Assembly (NCBI GenBank): GCA_035940575.1
Contig: DASZER010000016.1
Location: 18,258 to 82,257 of the forward strand
Length of the DNA: 64,000 bases
Direction: 5' to 3'
From: Frankiaceae bacterium
GTDB lineage: Bacteria; Actinomycetota; Actinomycetes; BP-191
In this document: piece by piece, positions 55,979-64,000 of the stretch
Numbering within the stretch: the first letter of the stretch is position 1
Layout of the letters: each line of letters begins with the position of its first letter
The notes under the pieces: model-generated
What the model was told of the DNA's origin: nothing
What the model saw: the letters and a program-made list of their open reading frames with translations, nothing else
Database searches by the model: none
Made by a program: the position numbers and the translations under genes

Positions 55979-57154
55979 ATGGACGACGCCAAGACGCAGT
56001 GGCACGAGCTGTTCCACGAGGTCGTGCAGACCGGCCTGTGCACCGGCTGCGCCGCCTGCGTCATGGCGTGCCCGCGCGACGTGCTCGGCTACGACCACGC
56101 GGTGACGTACCAGCCGTTCAACGTCGAGTCGTCAACCCGCGCCGACGACTGCGTGTACGGCCAGAAGGGCTGCGACATCTGCACGCGCGCGTGCCCGCGC
56201 TTCCGCGACTGGGAGACCGCGTCGGACGTCGCGCTGTTCGGCCGCGAGCGCGCCGCGGACGAGCCCGCTGGCATCGCGTCCGAGGTGCTGCTCGTCCGCG
56301 CGACGGACACCGCGACGTTCGAGGCGGGGCAGGACGGCGGGCTCGTGTCGGCGCTGCTGATCTGGGGCCTGGAGACCGGGCGCATCGACGGCGCGCTCGT
56401 CTCCGACTTCTCGCCGTCTCGCACGCTCGACGCCGTGCCCGCCGTCGTCACCGACCGCGAGGGCGTGCTGCGGACGGCCGGCTCGCGCTACACGTACTCC
56501 GCCAACCCGCTCGCCATGCGCGACGCCGAGGCGCAGGGGCTCAAGTCGCTCGCGCTCGTCGGGATGTCGTGCCAGGCGTCGATCAACGGCACCGTCGTCG
56601 CGAACCGCCTCAACAAGTACGCCAAGCGCATCGCCATCACGATCGGGCTGCTCTGCTCGAAGACGTTCACCTACGACGGCATGTACGAGGGGATGCTCGC
56701 CGAGGAGTACGGCATCCCGCTCGACTCGATCGGCAAGGTCAACATCAAGGGCAAGTTCATCGTCTGGCACGGCCCGGACGACGAGCGGGTCGACATCCCG
56801 CTCAAGGAGACGCACAAGCACACCCGCCCCGGCTGCACGACGTGTCCGGACTTCGCCGCGCAGCACGCCGACATCTCGACCGGCGGCCTCGGCCAGGGCG
56901 ACGGGTGGACGCTGACGCTGGTGCGTACGCAGCGCGGCCTCGAGTGGATGCAGGGGCTCCGCGACGCGGGGCTGATCGAGGTGCGGCCCGGCACCGACGA
57001 CCCGGCGGCGCTGAACCTCATGGACAAGCTCTCCCTCGCCTCGCGCAAGCGCTGGCCCGCCGCGCGGCTCGGGCTCGCCGACGGCGCGGCGGCGCCGGGG
57101 CGCGCGACGCTGCCGGTGCCGTTGCCGATGCCAGAGGTCCGCCCGGGCGCGTAG
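55979..57154 (+). CDS. Coenzyme F420 hydrogenase/dehydrogenase beta-subunit family protein (FrhB/FdhB-like) with two 4Fe-4S motifs
   Basis: 391 aa from the internal ATG. CTGCAACVMACP and CDICTRACP, then a FrhB_FdhB N-domain and C-domain (GCTTCPDFAAQHADISTGGLGQ). Confidence 0.7.
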   Translation: MDDAKTQWHELFHEVVQTGLCTGCAACVMACPRDVLGYDHAVTYQPFNVESSTRADDCVYGQKGCDICTRACPRFRDWETASDVALFGRERAADEPAGIASEVLLVRATDTATFEAGQDGGLVSALLIWGLETGRIDGALVSDFSPSRTLDAVPAVVTDREGVLRTAGSRYTYSANPLAMRDAEAQGLKSLALVGMSCQASINGTVVANRLNKYAKRIAITIGLLCSKTFTYDGMYEGMLAEEYGIPLDSIGKVNIKGKFIVWHGPDDERVDIPLKETHKHTRPGCTTCPDFAAQHADISTGGLGQGDGWTLTLVRTQRGLEWMQGLRDAGLIEVRPGTDDPAALNLMDKLSLASRKRWPAARLGLADGAAAPGRATLPVPLPMPEVRPGA

Positions 57155-57190
57155 CAGGTGCGTCACGCTGCGTGACGAACTCTGTCCCGC

Positions 57191-57901
57191 ATGCGCCGAC
57201 TCGCCGCCGCCCTCCTGGGCGCGTTGCTGCTCCCCCTGCCCGTCGCGCATGCCGCCGCACCCGAGCTCACGATCGTCGCCGACCACCCGTCGACCGTCGC
57301 CGTCGACCTCGACGCGCCGGTCGCGATCGACTCCGAGCATCTGACGTTCACGACGAGCAGCAGGTACGTCGTCATCACCGCGCAGCTCGGCCCCGACGTG
57401 GAGTTCTGGATGGCCAAGTGGAGCGACGGCAACTGGATGGGCGCGGGCACGCTGCCCGCGGGCCACGTCGTCCTCACGGTCTACACGGACGGCCCGATGA
57501 CGTTCCGCACGCGCGGCACGGGGCTGACGGCGCCGCTGACGATCGCGCCGGAGACGCCGGTGCAGGCCACGTCCGAGTCGCGCACCGTCGTCCCCGACGC
57601 GGACGGCAACGTCGAGTCGGACATCGCGTTCACGAACCCGGCCGCGCGAGCGTTCGTGCTGGCGTCGTACGAGCGCTCGTACACCCTGCGCGTGCTGGGG
57701 ACGCAGACGTTCTGCGTGACCGTGTCCGGCGACTACTGCGAGACCGAGTCGCCTCCGGTGTCGTCGGGCAGCGAGCGGCAGGTCGACCAGCACGTCGCGT
57801 GGCCGTACCAGGGCACCGCGCACTCGATCTACCGCGGCACGGGCCGCACGTTCGACGCGACGCCGGTGCTGCACGAGCTCGTCGTGCTCCCGCTCGCGTA
57901 G
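57191..57901 (+). CDS. Secreted hypothetical protein (tandem paralog 1)
   Basis: Signal peptide MRRLAAALLGALLLPLPVAHA. Shares AFTNPAARAFVLASYERSY and a C-terminal HELVVLPLA with the next gene. Confidence 0.55.
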   Translation: MRRLAAALLGALLLPLPVAHAAAPELTIVADHPSTVAVDLDAPVAIDSEHLTFTTSSRYVVITAQLGPDVEFWMAKWSDGNWMGAGTLPAGHVVLTVYTDGPMTFRTRGTGLTAPLTIAPETPVQATSESRTVVPDADGNVESDIAFTNPAARAFVLASYERSYTLRVLGTQTFCVTVSGDYCETESPPVSSGSERQVDQHVAWPYQGTAHSIYRGTGRTFDATPVLHELVVLPLA

Positions 57902-57903
57902 CG

Positions 57904-58620
57904 GTGCGCCTCCTCCTCGCGATCCTCGCCTGCCTCGCGCTGTGCCCGGCCTCCGCGTCCGCGGCGACCGGCGAGGTCGTCGTCGTCGCGAACGGTCCCG
58001 GCGCCGCCGTCGTCACGCTGCCGTCCGACGTGGCGCTCGACCTGTCGGGCGTGACGTTCGAGACGGCGAGCCCGTACGTCGTCCTGTCCGCGCAGCGCGA
58101 CCGCGTCGTGCGGGCGTGGCTCGTGCGGTTCCGCGACGGCGGGACGTTCGGCTCGGCGTCGGCGCTCGCCGCGGGCCGGGTCGCGATCCGCGTCTGGACG
58201 GCGGGACGTACGACCGTCCGCATCCCCGCGCCCGGGCTCGGGCAGCGGCTCACGGTCGAGGCGACGGCGCCCGTGCCGGCGACGGCCGTCACGCGGACCG
58301 TCGCGCCCGACGTGACCGGGACGGCCGCGAGCGACGTGGCGTTCGCCAACCCGACCGGGCGCGCGTTCGTGCTGCAGACCGTAGACAGGGCGTACGTCGC
58401 GAGCGCCGCGCGCGCCGGCACGCTCTGCGTCGCGCCGGGCTCGGACCCGTGCGGCGAGACGGCGGCCGACCCGCGACCGCTGCTCGACGGCAACGTCGCG
58501 TGGCAGGTGCAGCCGGGGCTGTGGTTCGGCGGGCCCGGGCACGCGTACTACCGCGCGACCGAGGTCGCCGCCGGCGGCGGCGCCGTACGTCACGACGTCG
58601 TCGTGCTGCCGCTGGAGTAG
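57904..58620 (+). CDS. Secreted hypothetical protein (tandem paralog 2)
   Basis: GTG start 3 nt after the previous stop. Signal peptide LLLAILACLALCPASASA. Has AFANPTGRAFVLQTVDRAY and a C-terminal HDVVVLPLE. Confidence 0.5.
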   Translation: MRLLLAILACLALCPASASAATGEVVVVANGPGAAVVTLPSDVALDLSGVTFETASPYVVLSAQRDRVVRAWLVRFRDGGTFGSASALAAGRVAIRVWTAGRTTVRIPAPGLGQRLTVEATAPVPATAVTRTVAPDVTGTAASDVAFANPTGRAFVLQTVDRAYVASAARAGTLCVAPGSDPCGETAADPRPLLDGNVAWQVQPGLWFGGPGHAYYRATEVAAGGGAVRHDVVVLPLE

Positions 58621-58671
58621 CGGGCGCGTCGGCGGGGACGTCTCCGTCGCACCCGAAGGAAGGAGCGCCTG

Positions 58672-59832
58672 ATGCCCCCGACCCAGGTCGCCCCGAAGCT
58701 GCTCTCGTGGGCCTCCGACCTCGACCCCCAGGCCGCCGCGCAGGCGGCGCGAACGGCGCGGCTGCCGTTCGTCGAGGGCCACGTCGCCCTGATGCCCGAC
58801 GCGCACGTCGGCATCGGCGCGACCGTCGGCTCCGTCATCCCGACCCGCGACGCGATCATCCCCGCGGCCGTCGGCGTCGACATCGGCTGCGGGATGGTCG
58901 CCGTCGAGACCGACCTCACCGCGTCCGACCTCCCCGACTCGCTCGACGCGCTGATGCCGTTGGTCGCGCGGCGCATCCCGGCCGGCGTCGGCAAGGGCCA
59001 CGAGCACGCCGTCTCCCCCGGCCGCTACGAGTCGCTGGGCAAGCCCGCGACCGGCCTGTCGCCGAAGCAGGCGGTCGTGGCGGCGACGCAGTTCGGCACG
59101 CTCGGCTCGGGCAACCACTTCGTGGAGGTCTGCCTGGACGAGCGTTCGCGCGTCTGGACGGTGCTGCACTCCGGGTCGCGCGGCATCGGCAACCAGCTCG
59201 CGCAGAAGCACATCGAGAAGGCGAAGGGCGTGATGAAGCGCCTCGGCGAGACGTTGGAGGACCGCGACCTCGCGTACTTCGTGCAGGGGACGCCGGAGTT
59301 CGAGCAGTACGTCACCGACATGCTCTGGGCGCAGCGCTACGCGATGGCGTCGCGTGGCGTGATGAGCGAGCGCGCGACGGCGTCGCTGTTCGAGGTCGTC
59401 GGCCGCGGCCGCGCCGTTCGGACGATCAACTGTCATCACAACTTCACCCAGCGCGAGGTGCACGACGGGCGCGAGATCTGGGTCACGCGCAAGGGCGCGA
59501 TCAGGGCCGGTGTCGGCGACGAGGGCGTCATCCCCGGCTCGATGGGGACGCGGTCCTACGTCGTCACCGGGCTCGGCAACACGGCGTCGTACGCGTCGTG
59601 CAGCCACGGCGCCGGCCGCCGCCTCTCGCGCGGCCAGGCGAAGCGGTCGCTGTCCGTCGAGTCGCTCAAGGAGGCGATGAAGGGCAAGTCGTGGCTCGCG
59701 GCCAACGCGACGGCCCTGCTCGACGAGCACCCGGCGGCGTACAAGGACATCGACCAGGTCATGGCCGACCAGAAGGACCTCGTGACGATCCAGCACACGC
59801 TGTCCCAGGTCTTCAACTACAAGGGCCTCTAG
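58672..59832 (+). CDS. rtcB: RNA-splicing ligase RtcB
   Basis: 386 aa. MPDAHVGIGATVGSVIP, GSGNHFVEV, and NCHHNF are RtcB signatures. Confidence 0.9.
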   Translation: MPPTQVAPKLLSWASDLDPQAAAQAARTARLPFVEGHVALMPDAHVGIGATVGSVIPTRDAIIPAAVGVDIGCGMVAVETDLTASDLPDSLDALMPLVARRIPAGVGKGHEHAVSPGRYESLGKPATGLSPKQAVVAATQFGTLGSGNHFVEVCLDERSRVWTVLHSGSRGIGNQLAQKHIEKAKGVMKRLGETLEDRDLAYFVQGTPEFEQYVTDMLWAQRYAMASRGVMSERATASLFEVVGRGRAVRTINCHHNFTQREVHDGREIWVTRKGAIRAGVGDEGVIPGSMGTRSYVVTGLGNTASYASCSHGAGRRLSRGQAKRSLSVESLKEAMKGKSWLAANATALLDEHPAAYKDIDQVMADQKDLVTIQHTLSQVFNYKGL

Positions 59833-59916
59833 AGGCGGGCCGCCCCTGTCCCCAACATTGAAGATCGCCACGCGGGCGAGCGCGGCGTGGGCTGCAACGT
59901 CGGGGGCCGGGGCGGG

Positions 59917-60507
59917 CTAGAGCTCGGCTTCGAGCAGCTCGTCGTCGTCGGGGGCAGGGACGTGGCCCGAGCCCTCGGCGAGGCGTACGGCCTCCTCGGC
60001 GGTCGTGCACCAGACGAGCGCGTCGTTGATGTCGGGCCGAGCGAAGCCCCGCGCGACGAGCTGGTCGATCTGGGCTCGCAACGGCGCGAACGCGTCGTCG
60101 GGGTCGCACACGACGACCGGCTTGTCGTGCATGCCGAGCGTGCGCGCGGTCCAGATCTCGAGCAGCTCCTCCAGCGTGCCGATGCCGCCGGGCAGCGTGA
60201 TGAACGCGTCCGAGCGCGCGTCCATCTCGCCCTTGCGCTCGCGCATGGTGTCGCACACGACGAGCTCGTCGGCGCCGTGGTCGGCGATCTCGCGTTCGAG
60301 CAGGGCGCGCGGGATGATCCCGACCGTCCGCCCTCCCCCCTCGCGAACGGCGCGCGCGACGGCGCCCATCATCGAGACGGACCCGCCGCCGGTGACGAGG
60401 GAGTGCCCGCGCCGCGCGATCTCGGCGCCGACCTCGGCCGCGAGGTCGACGTAGCGCCGCGGGATCGCCTCGCTGGACGCGCAGAAGACGCAGATCGTGA
60501 GGCTCAC
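59917..60507 (-). CDS. LOG family protein (TIGR00730, nucleotide 5'-monophosphate nucleosidase)
   Basis: 196 aa from GTG. VFCASS, GGGSVSMMGAV, and PGGIGTLEEL. The start overlaps the upstream LOG stop as GTGA. Confidence 0.8.
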   Translation of the reverse strand: MSLTICVFCASSEAIPRRYVDLAAEVGAEIARRGHSLVTGGGSVSMMGAVARAVREGGGRTVGIIPRALLEREIADHGADELVVCDTMRERKGEMDARSDAFITLPGGIGTLEELLEIWTARTLGMHDKPVVVCDPDDAFAPLRAQIDQLVARGFARPDINDALVWCTTAEEAVRLAEGSGHVPAPDDDELLEAEL

Positions 60508-61286
60508 AGGCGACCTTCCTGCCGCCGGGCCGCCGCCGCCTTGACGATCACGTCCACGACCTCCTCGACGTCGTCGGTGACCGTCAGGAGGTCGACGTCC
60601 TCGGGGTCGATCTTGCCGGTCGCGAGCAGCCGCTCGCGGACCCAGTCGATCAGCCCGCCCCAGAACTCCGACCCGAGCAGCACGACGGGGAAGCGCGTGA
60701 CCTTGTTCGTCTGCACCAGGGTCAGCGCCTCGAACAGCTCGTCCAGCGTCCCGAAGCCGCCGGGCAGGTTCACGAACGCCTGCGCGTACTTCACGAACAT
60801 CGTCTTGCGCGCGAAGAAGTAGCGGAACTGGATGCCGATGTCGACCCAGTCGTTGATGCGCTGCTCGAACGGCAGCTCGATGCCGAGCCCCACGGACGTG
60901 CCGCCGGCCTCGCAGCACCCCTTGTTCACGGCCTCCATGAGGCCGGGGCCCCCGCCGGTGATGACCGTGAAGCCGGCCCGCGCCAGCGCCGCGCCGAGCT
61001 CCTCGCCCTGCCGGTACTCCGGCGTGTCCTTCGGCGTACGCGCCGAGCCGAACACGCTCACGGCAGGCCCGAGCGAGGCGAGCGTGCCGAAGCCCTCGAC
61101 GAACTCCGCCTGGATCCGCAGCACCCGCCACGGGTCGGTGTGCACCCAGTCGGCAGAGCCGCGGCTGTCGAGCAGCCGCTGGTCGGTCGTCGTCTCGGTC
61201 GCGTGCTCGCGCCGCAGGACGGTCTGCCCGCGCTGCTTCTCGGGCATCGGGTTGCGCGAGGGCAGCGCCGCCGGGTCGTCGGTCAT
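60504..61286 (-). CDS. LOG family protein (TIGR00730), longer paralog
   Basis: 260 aa. VSVFGSART, VITGGGPGLMEAVNKG, and PGGFGTLDELFE. Confidence 0.8.
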   Translation of the reverse strand: MTDDPAALPSRNPMPEKQRGQTVLRREHATETTTDQRLLDSRGSADWVHTDPWRVLRIQAEFVEGFGTLASLGPAVSVFGSARTPKDTPEYRQGEELGAALARAGFTVITGGGPGLMEAVNKGCCEAGGTSVGLGIELPFEQRINDWVDIGIQFRYFFARKTMFVKYAQAFVNLPGGFGTLDELFEALTLVQTNKVTRFPVVLLGSEFWGGLIDWVRERLLATGKIDPEDVDLLTVTDDVEEVVDVIVKAAAARRQEGRL

Positions 61287-61296
61287 GACGATCTTC

Positions 61297-62352
61297 CTAC
61301 CCGAGGTACTCGCGGAGCACGCGCTCGCACTCGCCGATCAGCGCGACGTCGACGGACTCGTCGGCCTTGTGCGCGAGGTTCGGGTCGCCGGGGCCGTAGT
61401 TCAGCGCGGGGATGCCGAGCGCGGCGAAGCGCGAGACGTCGGTCCACCCGAGCTTCGCGACCGGCACGGCGCCGACCGCGTCGACGAACGCCCGCGCGGC
61501 CGGCGCCGACAGGCCCGGCAACGCGCCCGGCGCGGAGTCGGCGACGACGACGTCGTACGGCGCCAGCACCTCCCGCACGTGGTCGGCGGCCTCCGACTCC
61601 GAACGGTCGGGCGCGAAGCGGTAGTTGACCGTGACGGTGCACGCGTCGGGCACGACGTTGCCGGCCACTCCCCCGCTGACGGCGACGGCGTTGAGCCCCT
61701 CGCGGTACTCGCACCCGTCGATGACGGGCCGTCGCGCCTCGTACGCCGCGAGCCGCGCGAGCAGCTCGCCGGCCTTGTGGATCGCGTTGTCGCCGAGCCA
61801 CGAGCGGGCGCTGTGCGCGCGGACGCCCGGCACCGTGACGTGTGCGCGGAGGGTGCCCTGGCAGCCGGCCTCGACGGCGGCGTTCGTCGGCTCCATGAGG
61901 ATCGCGAGGTCGGCGTCGAGCCACGCGCGCGCCGTGCGGGAGAGGCGGCCGAGGCCGTTGCGCTCGGCCTCGACCTCCTCGTTGTCGTAGAAGACGTACG
62001 TGACGTCGTGGCGCGGCGAGTCGAGGGTGGCGAGCCGGAGCATGACGGCGATCGCGGACTTCATGTCCGACGTGCCGCAGCCGTGGAGGCGGCCGCCGTC
62101 CAGGCGCGACGGCAGGTTGCCCGCGACCGGAACGGTGTCGAGGTGGCCGCCGAGCAGCACGCGCGCCGGGCGCCCGAGGGTCGTGCGCGCGACGACGGCG
62201 TCGCCGTCGCGCAGGACCTCGAGGTGCGGCAGCGCGCGCAGCGCGTCCTCGACCAGCGAGGCGAGCGAGGCCTCGTTGCCGCTGACCGACTCGACGTCGA
62301 CCACGGCCGCGGTGAGGTCCGCGGCGGGCAGCGACAGGTCGAGCGCGGTCAC
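61297..62352 (-). CDS. dapE: Succinyl-diaminopimelate desuccinylase
   Basis: 351 aa from a GTG that overlaps the dapD stop as GTGA. M20 peptidase motifs (HLDTVP, GTSDMKS, NEE). Confidence 0.85.
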   Translation of the reverse strand: MTALDLSLPAADLTAAVVDVESVSGNEASLASLVEDALRALPHLEVLRDGDAVVARTTLGRPARVLLGGHLDTVPVAGNLPSRLDGGRLHGCGTSDMKSAIAVMLRLATLDSPRHDVTYVFYDNEEVEAERNGLGRLSRTARAWLDADLAILMEPTNAAVEAGCQGTLRAHVTVPGVRAHSARSWLGDNAIHKAGELLARLAAYEARRPVIDGCEYREGLNAVAVSGGVAGNVVPDACTVTVNYRFAPDRSESEAADHVREVLAPYDVVVADSAPGALPGLSAPAARAFVDAVGAVPVAKLGWTDVSRFAALGIPALNYGPGDPNLAHKADESVDVALIGECERVLREYLG

Positions 62353-63155
62353 TGCGCGAGGCCGTGCCTGCGCAGGACCTCGTTGAGGTGGAGCTTGTCG
62401 TGCTCGGTGCCCTCGAGGTAGCGCAGGACGAGCAGGCACGGCATCCCGAAGTCGCCGCCGGGGAACGACTTCATCCGCACCGACGACACGCACACCGAAC
62501 GCTCGGGCGCCTCGCCTCGCGGCAGCTCGTCGCCCGTCTCCGCGTCGAACACGTGCGTCGACGCGGTGAGGATGCAGCCCGCGCCGAGCTTCGCGCCGCG
62601 GCGCACCCGCGCGCCGTCGACCACCATCGACCGCGACCCGATGAACGCGTCGTCCTCGACCACGACGGGCACGGCGTTCGGAGGCTCGAGGACGCCGCCG
62701 ATGCCGACGCCGCCGGACAGGTGCACGCGCTTGCCGATCTGCGCGCACGACCCGACGGTCGCCCACGTGTCGACCATCGTGCCCTCGTCCACGTAGCCGC
62801 CGATGTTCACGAACGACGGCATCAGCACGACGCCGGGCCCGCAGTACGAGCCCCATCGCGCGATGGCGCCGGGCAGGACGCGTACGCCCTGGAACGTCTT
62901 CTTGAGCGGGATGCGGTCGCGGTACGTGTAGCGCTCGAACGCGACGTCCTCGACCGCGAGGAGGCGGAACGACAGCAGGATCGCCTGCTTGACCCACTCG
63001 TGGACGACGACCTCGCCGTCGGCGCCGACCTCCGCGACCCGGATCTCGCCCCGGTCGAGCGCGTCGATGACGTCGCTCACGACGCGCCGCGCCTGCAGGT
63101 CGTTCTCGCTCATGCCGTTGCGGCGGTCCCACAGGGCGGCGATGTCCTGCTCCAT
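62349..63155 (-). CDS. dapD: 2,3,4,5-tetrahydropyridine-2,6-dicarboxylate N-succinyltransferase
   Basis: 268 aa from the internal ATG. Hexapeptide-repeat region ([46 protein letters not shown]). Confidence 0.85.
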   Translation of the reverse strand: MEQDIAALWDRRNGMSENDLQARRVVSDVIDALDRGEIRVAEVGADGEVVVHEWVKQAILLSFRLLAVEDVAFERYTYRDRIPLKKTFQGVRVLPGAIARWGSYCGPGVVLMPSFVNIGGYVDEGTMVDTWATVGSCAQIGKRVHLSGGVGIGGVLEPPNAVPVVVEDDAFIGSRSMVVDGARVRRGAKLGAGCILTASTHVFDAETGDELPRGEAPERSVCVSSVRMKSFPGGDFGMPCLLVLRYLEGTEHDKLHLNEVLRRHGLAQ

Positions 63156-63157
63156 GC

Positions 63158-64000
63158 TCACGGGCTCTCCAGGCGTCGTGCGGCGTCCGCCACCTCGGGG
63201 GTGGTGGCGGTGAGGGCGATGCGTACGTGGCTCGCTCCTGCGGCACCGTAGAACGCGCCGGGGGCGACGAGCACGCCGCGCTCCGCGAGCCACCCGACGG
63301 CGGCCCAGCAGTCGCCGACGTCGGGGTTCGACGCCCACAGGTACAGCCCGCCGTCGGAGTGGTCGACGCGCCAGCCGGTGTCGGCGAGCGCCTCCGCGAG
63401 CAGCGCGCGCCGCTCGGCGTAGCGCTCGCGCTGCTCCTCGACGTGCGCGTCGTCGCCGAGCGCGGCGACCATCGCGGCCTGCACGGGCGCGGGCACGATC
63501 AGCCCCGCGTGGCGCCGTACCTCCAGGAGCGCCGCAACGACGGCCGGGTCGCCGGCGACGAAGCCCGCGCGGTAGCCGGCGAGGTTGCTGCGCTTGGACA
63601 GCGAGTGGACGGCGAGGACGCCGTCGGTGCCGTGGGCGAGCGCGGACGTGACGGGCGAGGTCCAGCCGTACTCGGCGTAGCACTCGTCGCTCGCGACGAG
63701 GACGCCGTGGGCGCGGGCCCACGCGACGACCGCGGCGAGGTGCTCGGGCGGGGCTACGGCGCCGTGCGGGTTGGCGGGGTGGTTGACCCAGAGCAGCGCC
63801 GCGTCCGTGGCGTCGAGCGCGTCGAGCGCCGCGAGGTCGAGCAGCCCGTCGCGCGTGGGCACCGGCACCGGCTCGCAGCCGGCGAGCCGCGCGCCGATGT
63901 CGTACGTCGGGTACGCGAGGTCGGGGAACAGCACGCGCCCTCGCAGCCCCAGCGCCGAAGGCAGCGACGCGACGAGCTCCTTGGACCCGATCGTCGGCAG
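63158..64000 (-). CDS. PLP-dependent aminotransferase class I (possibly DapC), 5' end outside the window
   Basis: The frame stays open from 63934 to the window edge. [15 protein letters not shown] contains the PLP-lysine motif. Confidence 0.7.
   Translation of the reverse strand: MPTIGSKELVASLPSALGLRGRVLFPDLAYPTYDIGARLAGCEPVPVPTRDGLLDLAALDALDATDAALLWVNHPANPHGAVAPPEHLAAVVAWARAHGVLVASDECYAEYGWTSPVTSALAHGTDGVLAVHSLSKRSNLAGYRAGFVAGDPAVVAALLEVRRHAGLIVPAPVQAAMVAALGDDAHVEEQRERYAERRALLAEALADTGWRVDHSDGGLYLWASNPDVGDCWAAVGWLAERGVLVAPGAFYGAAGASHVRIALTATTPEVADAARRLESP

Noticed and set aside
1-64000. Mobile elements, prophage, rRNA or tRNA
   Set aside because: No integrase, transposase, phage structural genes, tRNA-like cloverleaf segments or rRNA-like conserved stretches were recognised by eye. 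I cannot exclude tRNA genes without a proper scan.

Overview
This is a 64-kb window of very high-GC (about 72%) actinobacterial-type chromosomal DNA. It is densely coding, with roughly 75 genes. I recognised no rRNA, tRNA, CRISPR array, integrase or transposase. Because of the GC content almost every real gene has a long Arg/Ala/Gly-rich antisense or out-of-frame shadow ORF in the supplied track. I therefore called genes by recognisable protein families, signal peptides, and start/stop overlap architecture.

The second half of the window looks like a conserved core neighbourhood. From memory this backbone matches the M. tuberculosis Rv1201c-Rv1229c region, and I cannot search to confirm that. 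Its genes are: mrp, tatB, htrA, rseA, sigE, an O-methyltransferase, pepA, a small DUF3117 gene, a PaaX-EthD-enoyl-CoA hydratase operon, a FolP-family gene, a HesB-like protein plus a thioredoxin-like ferredoxin, rtcB, two LOG-family genes, dapE, dapD, and an aminotransferase.

The first half carries cell-envelope functions: a Wzm/Wzt ABC exporter followed by a GT2 and two GT4 glycosyltransferases, rmlA/rmlB/rmlD, two LCP-family genes, a PGRP-type amidase with a long repeat tail, scoAB, and an acyl-CoA dehydrogenase.

Three things look accessory or novel:
- A seven-member family of about 200-aa secreted proteins, four of them in a tightly packed tandem array at 3591-6030.
- An orphan GspE/PilB-type ATPase (33748-36078) whose N-terminal domain carries a near-perfect MshEN-type c-di-GMP-binding motif and whose C-terminus carries two extra zinc ribbons plus a complete response-regulator receiver domain.
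- Several further tandem paralog pairs of small secreted proteins.

Start/stop overlaps of 4 nt (ATGA or GTGA) are pervasive. Coordinates of non-ATG starts are inferred from frame arithmetic on the ORF track and may be off by one or two codons.
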